Assembly (NCBI GenBank): GCA_002483345.1
Contig: DLHS01000018.1
Coordinates: 208,638 to 240,637, forward strand
Length of the DNA stretch: 32,000 bases
DNA from: Bacteroidetes bacterium UBA7662
GTDB taxonomy: Bacteria; Bacteroidota; Bacteroidia; UBA7662
Reading direction: 5' to 3'
Part shown: piece after piece, positions 29,209 to 32,000 of the stretch
How the letters are laid out: each line of letters opens with the position of its first letter
Position numbering within the stretch: the first letter of the stretch is position 1
Translations under genes and position numbers: made by a program
The notes under the pieces: model-generated
What the model saw: the letters and a program-made list of their open reading frames with translations, nothing else
The model's database searches: none
What the model was told of the DNA's origin: nothing

Positions 29209-29210
29209 AT

Positions 29211-29828
29211 CTATAACCTGTCAGGGGTAAACTGATACCGCAATCCTAAAGTCAGCAGGTTATTGTATGTCCCCCGCTGAATAGCGAAAAAAGGCAGAAA
29301 TCCGGCCTGAGGATCGATGGAGAACATGGAATAATTGGCACGGGCAAAGACACTCAGCTTTTCCCGAAGTTCATAGCGAGCGCCGAAAATCATGGCAGTC
29401 TCAAACCGGGTGAAATTGGTATTAAGCACATTATTGCGCAGGTCATTGTATTTCCAACCCAGTAGGAGGTTGCCGCTTACCCCTCCTTCCAGACTGAACC
29501 GGTCATCGTATTTCCAGTTTACAAGTAAAGGCACATCGATGTAATGCATCTGCAGGCGAATCCAGGGGCCTGCATCCAGGGTTTCGGGTTTAACAACCCT
29601 GCGGCTCCCCTTCTGACTATACGCCAGCTCAAATTGCCACGACCAGTCGGTATTGATAGCCCTGCTAACAAAAAGACTGGTATAGAGTCCTAATTTATGA
29701 TACCCTCCCAGTCCGTCGCCATCTACCTGAGTGCCGCTGAGTCCTGCGTGGAAGCCTGCATCAAAGTTCTGAGCACGTAAGCCGGTGGCCAGAAACAAAA
29801 ACGGGATGATCCAATACCATTGTTTCAT
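29211..29828 (-). CDS. Outer-membrane beta-barrel protein (small porin-like / OMP_b-brl_2-like family)
   Basis: The track start 29846 is a GTG; the ATG at 29828 gives the signal peptide MKQWYWIIPFLFLATGLRAQ. Alternating amphipathic beta-strand pattern with aromatic girdle residues and a C-terminal LGLRYQF-type terminal strand. 205 aa. Confidence 0.7.
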   Translation of the reverse strand: MKQWYWIIPFLFLATGLRAQNFDAGFHAGLSGTQVDGDGLGGYHKLGLYTSLFVSRAINTDWSWQFELAYSQKGSRRVVKPETLDAGPWIRLQMHYIDVPLLVNWKYDDRFSLEGGVSGNLLLGWKYNDLRNNVLNTNFTRFETAMIFGARYELREKLSVFARANYSMFSIDPQAGFLPFFAIQRGTYNNLLTLGLRYQFTPDRL

Positions 29829-29853
29829 CCCGTAATATACAAACACAAATTTT

Positions 29854-30228
29854 TCAGAGCGCCATCAGCCGGTCGAATACCCGGCGTAAATGTCCGCTGT
29901 CGATCATGGCCGCCAGATGGCCGTCGTGGAGGGCTTCGTTGCGACTGTGGGCCGTCATAAGCCGCTGAAGCGTGCCCAGGTCGGCCTTATCAACCAGCTT
30001 AGCATCTTCCGCCAGTTTATCCGCTTCTTTGCCCCAGGCCATCCAGTCGAAATCATAGATAAAATCGCGGGAACGCATTTCATCCAGCAGGCTGTACAAG
30101 GCATCGGCGTAACGGATTAATTCGATTTCCTCGTATTGTTCCCTGCCGTACCAATTGGAAAGCGCCAAAACCCGGGCTACATATTGTTTCAACTCCGGTA
30201 AAGTGGCGGCATCAAATTCGCTCAACAT
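29854..30228 (-). CDS. Hypothetical 124-aa cytoplasmic protein (possibly DUF6508-like; family assignment unverified)
   Basis: ATG start overlapping the upstream stop (minus-strand TGATG at 30230-26). Acidic and helical with no signal peptide. The C-terminal ..AHSRNEALHDGHLAAMIDSGHLRRVFDRLMAL resembles the R..RF.EG.l.....sG.i..ll.RL tail I associate with DUF6508, from memory only. Confidence 0.55.
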   Translation of the reverse strand: MLSEFDAATLPELKQYVARVLALSNWYGREQYEEIELIRYADALYSLLDEMRSRDFIYDFDWMAWGKEADKLAEDAKLVDKADLGTLQRLMTAHSRNEALHDGHLAAMIDSGHLRRVFDRLMAL

Positions 30229-30548
30229 CAGGCCTGCGCGGTTGGTCCTCCGAAAGTCATGGGTACACCACCCTGACCGTGGTCGTTCATATCGATTTCG
30301 CCGTAAACCTGCTCAAACTTGTCGAGATTATCAGCCAGGGCGTGCAGCAGGCGTTTGGCATGATGCGGGGTGAGGATGATGCGTGATTTGACCTTTGCCT
30401 TGGGAACACCCGGCATCAGGCGTACAAAATCCACTACAAACTCGGCATTGCTGTGGGTAATGATGGCGAGGTTTGAATAGGTACCGTCGGCCATCTCTTC
30501 GCTCAGTTCAATATTGATCTGATTCGGGTTTTGAATATCGTCTTGCAT
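30228..30548 (-). CDS. DUF3467 family protein (conserved small protein found downstream of rpoC in Bacteroidota)
   Basis: 106-aa ORF with an ATG start. INIELSEEMADGTYSNLAIITHSNAEFVVDFVRLMPGVPKAKVKSRIILTPHHAKRLLHAL is the characteristic DUF3467 core, and its position directly after rpoC is the usual synteny. Confidence 0.75.
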   Translation of the reverse strand: MQDDIQNPNQINIELSEEMADGTYSNLAIITHSNAEFVVDFVRLMPGVPKAKVKSRIILTPHHAKRLLHALADNLDKFEQVYGEIDMNDHGQGGVPMTFGGPTAQA

Positions 30549-30569
30549 GATAAATTTAGCTTTAAATGG

Positions 30570-30597
30570 AAAGGGAGCCGGTTATCGGCTCCCTTTT
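30570..30597 (-). terminator. Hairpin between rpoC and the DUF3467 gene (attenuator or partial terminator, or a processing site)
   Basis: Perfect 8-bp stem gggagccg (30573-30580) / cggctccc (30586-30593) with loop gttat. On the minus strand it is followed by tttccattt, an interrupted U-tract. Confidence 0.45.
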
Positions 30598-30616
30598 GAA
30601 TTGAATACTATTCCGA

Positions 30617-32000
30617 TCAGTTGACGGTCATCTCTTCGGCGTGTTTCGAAGCCATGAGCTTCTCATACTCCTCCATAGAACCTACCACCACCTTCTCGTA
30701 AGAGCGCCAGCCGGTACCTGCAGGGATGAGGTGACCAACCAATACGTTCTCTTTCAGACCCACCAGTTCGTCGACTTTGCCTGCGATAGCAGCCTCGTTC
30801 AACACCTTGGTGGTTTCCTGGAAGGATGCCGCGCTCAGGAAGCTGCGGGTACCCAAAGATGCTCTGGTAATACCCTGCAACATCGATTGTGAGGTAGCCG
30901 GAATGGCCTCGCGGTATTGTACCGGCTTGAGGTCTTTCCGCTTCAGCATCGAGTTCTCATCGCGCACCTTGCGGAGATTGATGACCTGGCCAACTTTCAG
31001 ATTCGACGAATCGGCAGCATCGGTGATGATAACCTTGTCGTAAATCCAGTTGTTCATTTCTGTGAACTCAATCTTATCGGCTACTTCCTGCTCGAGGAAG
31101 CTGGTATCGCCCGGATCAATGATCAATACCTTCTGCATCATCTGGCGGACAATCACTTCGAAGTGTTTGTCGTTGATTTTCACACCCTGCAGGCGATAAA
31201 CCTCCTGGATGTTATTCACCAGATACTCCTGAACGGCACCCGGTCCTTTGATTGACAGGATAGCGGCAGGCGTGATAGCACCATCTGACAACGGATCACC
31301 GGCTTTTACAAAGTCGTTGTCCTGCACCAGAATGTGCTTGCTCAGAGGCACCAGGTATTTTTTCACCTGACCATCGCGTGATTCAATGATGATTTCGCGG
31401 TTACCACGTTTTACACCACCAAACGATGCCACACCGTCGATTTCGGTCACAATGGCCGGGTTCGATGGGTTACGGGCCTCGAAGAGCTCGGTTACGCGTG
31501 GCAGACCTCCCGTGATATCGCGGGTTTTCGAAGTCGACCGTGGAATTTTAGCGAGAATCAGACCAGGGATGATTTTCTCACCGTGCTCTACCGAAATGTG
31601 GGCGCCTACCGGCAGGTTGTAGCCGCGAAGAAGCTCTCCACCTTTGGCATTCATCACACGGATCGACGGGTTACGGGTCTTATCCTTGGTTTCGATGATT
31701 ACTTTCTCTTTGTGACCGGTTTGTTCGTCCGACTCTTCGCGGAAGGTCATACCTTCTACAATGTGTTCGAAGTCGGCCTTACCTTCGAACTCGGAGATAA
31801 TCACCGCGTTGTAAGGATCCCAGGCACAAATCTTATCTCCTTTTTTCACCATATCACCCGGCTTCACATTCAGCAACGAACCGTAAGGCAGGTTGTTGGT
31901 CATGAGCGGCTGTTTGGTATCAGGATGTACAATTTTCACCTCACCAGAACGCGATACTACCACTTCCTGCGGAGCGTCGCCGCCCTTGTAGATAACAGTC
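30617..32000 (-). CDS. rpoC: DNA-directed RNA polymerase subunit beta-prime, C-terminal ~460 aa; the gene continues beyond the right window edge
   Basis: The M at 31963 in the track is an internal GTG; the frame stays open to position 32000. Conserved beta-prime C-terminal blocks are present: [81 protein letters not shown]. Confidence 0.95.
   Translation of the reverse strand, partial: TVIYKGGDAPQEVVVSRSGEVKIVHPDTKQPLMTNNLPYGSLLNVKPGDMVKKGDKICAWDPYNAVIISEFEGKADFEHIVEGMTFREESDEQTGHKEKVIIETKDKTRNPSIRVMNAKGGELLRGYNLPVGAHISVEHGEKIIPGLILAKIPRSTSKTRDITGGLPRVTELFEARNPSNPAIVTEIDGVASFGGVKRGNREIIIESRDGQVKKYLVPLSKHILVQDNDFVKAGDPLSDGAITPAAILSIKGPGAVQEYLVNNIQEVYRLQGVKINDKHFEVIVRQMMQKVLIIDPGDTSFLEQEVADKIEFTEMNNWIYDKVIITDAADSSNLKVGQVINLRKVRDENSMLKRKDLKPVQYREAIPATSQSMLQGITRASLGTRSFLSAASFQETTKVLNEAAIAGKVDELVGLKENVLVGHLIPAGTGWRSYEKVVVGSMEEYEKLMASKHAEEMTVN

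Noticed and set aside
1-32000. CRISPR arrays, tRNA/rRNA genes, long tandem nucleotide repeats
   Set aside because: I scanned the intergenic regions (423-567, 2770-2919, 4444-4514, 6231-6480, 12163-12319, 18245-18454, 24305-24660, 25993-26068, 29150-29210, 30549-30616). I found only hairpins and palindromes: no regularly spaced direct repeats and no cloverleaf-like sequences.

Overview
This looks like a chromosomal window from a Bacteroidota-type genome. The evidence is four type-A T9SS C-terminal sorting domains (YPNPA... tails), DUF3467 directly downstream of rpoC, and a TAnnTTTG -7 box. Housekeeping genes frame the window: thyA (partial, left edge), a dihydroorotase-like pyrC in the middle, and the rpoC 3' end (right edge).

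Three blocks lie between them:
1. A peptide-scavenging cluster (568-6230): an S9B dipeptidyl-peptidase IV convergent with two POT/PTR2 peptide:H+ symporters.
2. A tandem, same-strand array of three giant paralogous genes (6481-24304, about 56% of the window; 1893, 1974 and 1949 aa). Each has a signal peptide, CARDB-like modules, right-handed beta-helix region(s), jelly-roll/MAM-like modules and a T9SS C-terminal domain (CTD), and each is followed by its own hairpin terminator.
3. A 1026-aa T9SS-secreted S8 subtilase (26069-29149) that reuses the same accessory-module vocabulary.

Downstream of rpoC there is also a small tail cluster: DUF3467, a 124-aa unknown, and an outer-membrane beta-barrel.

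I found no transposase, integrase, tRNA, rRNA, CRISPR array, defence-type enzyme or toxin gene. The most notable content is the giant-gene array. It has conserved flanks with a swapped central cassette, a lamin-tail-like module, a duplicated beta-helix and a homogenised 3' end. Its function cannot be read from the sequence. All domain names come from motif recognition by eye; no HMM or BLAST search was run.
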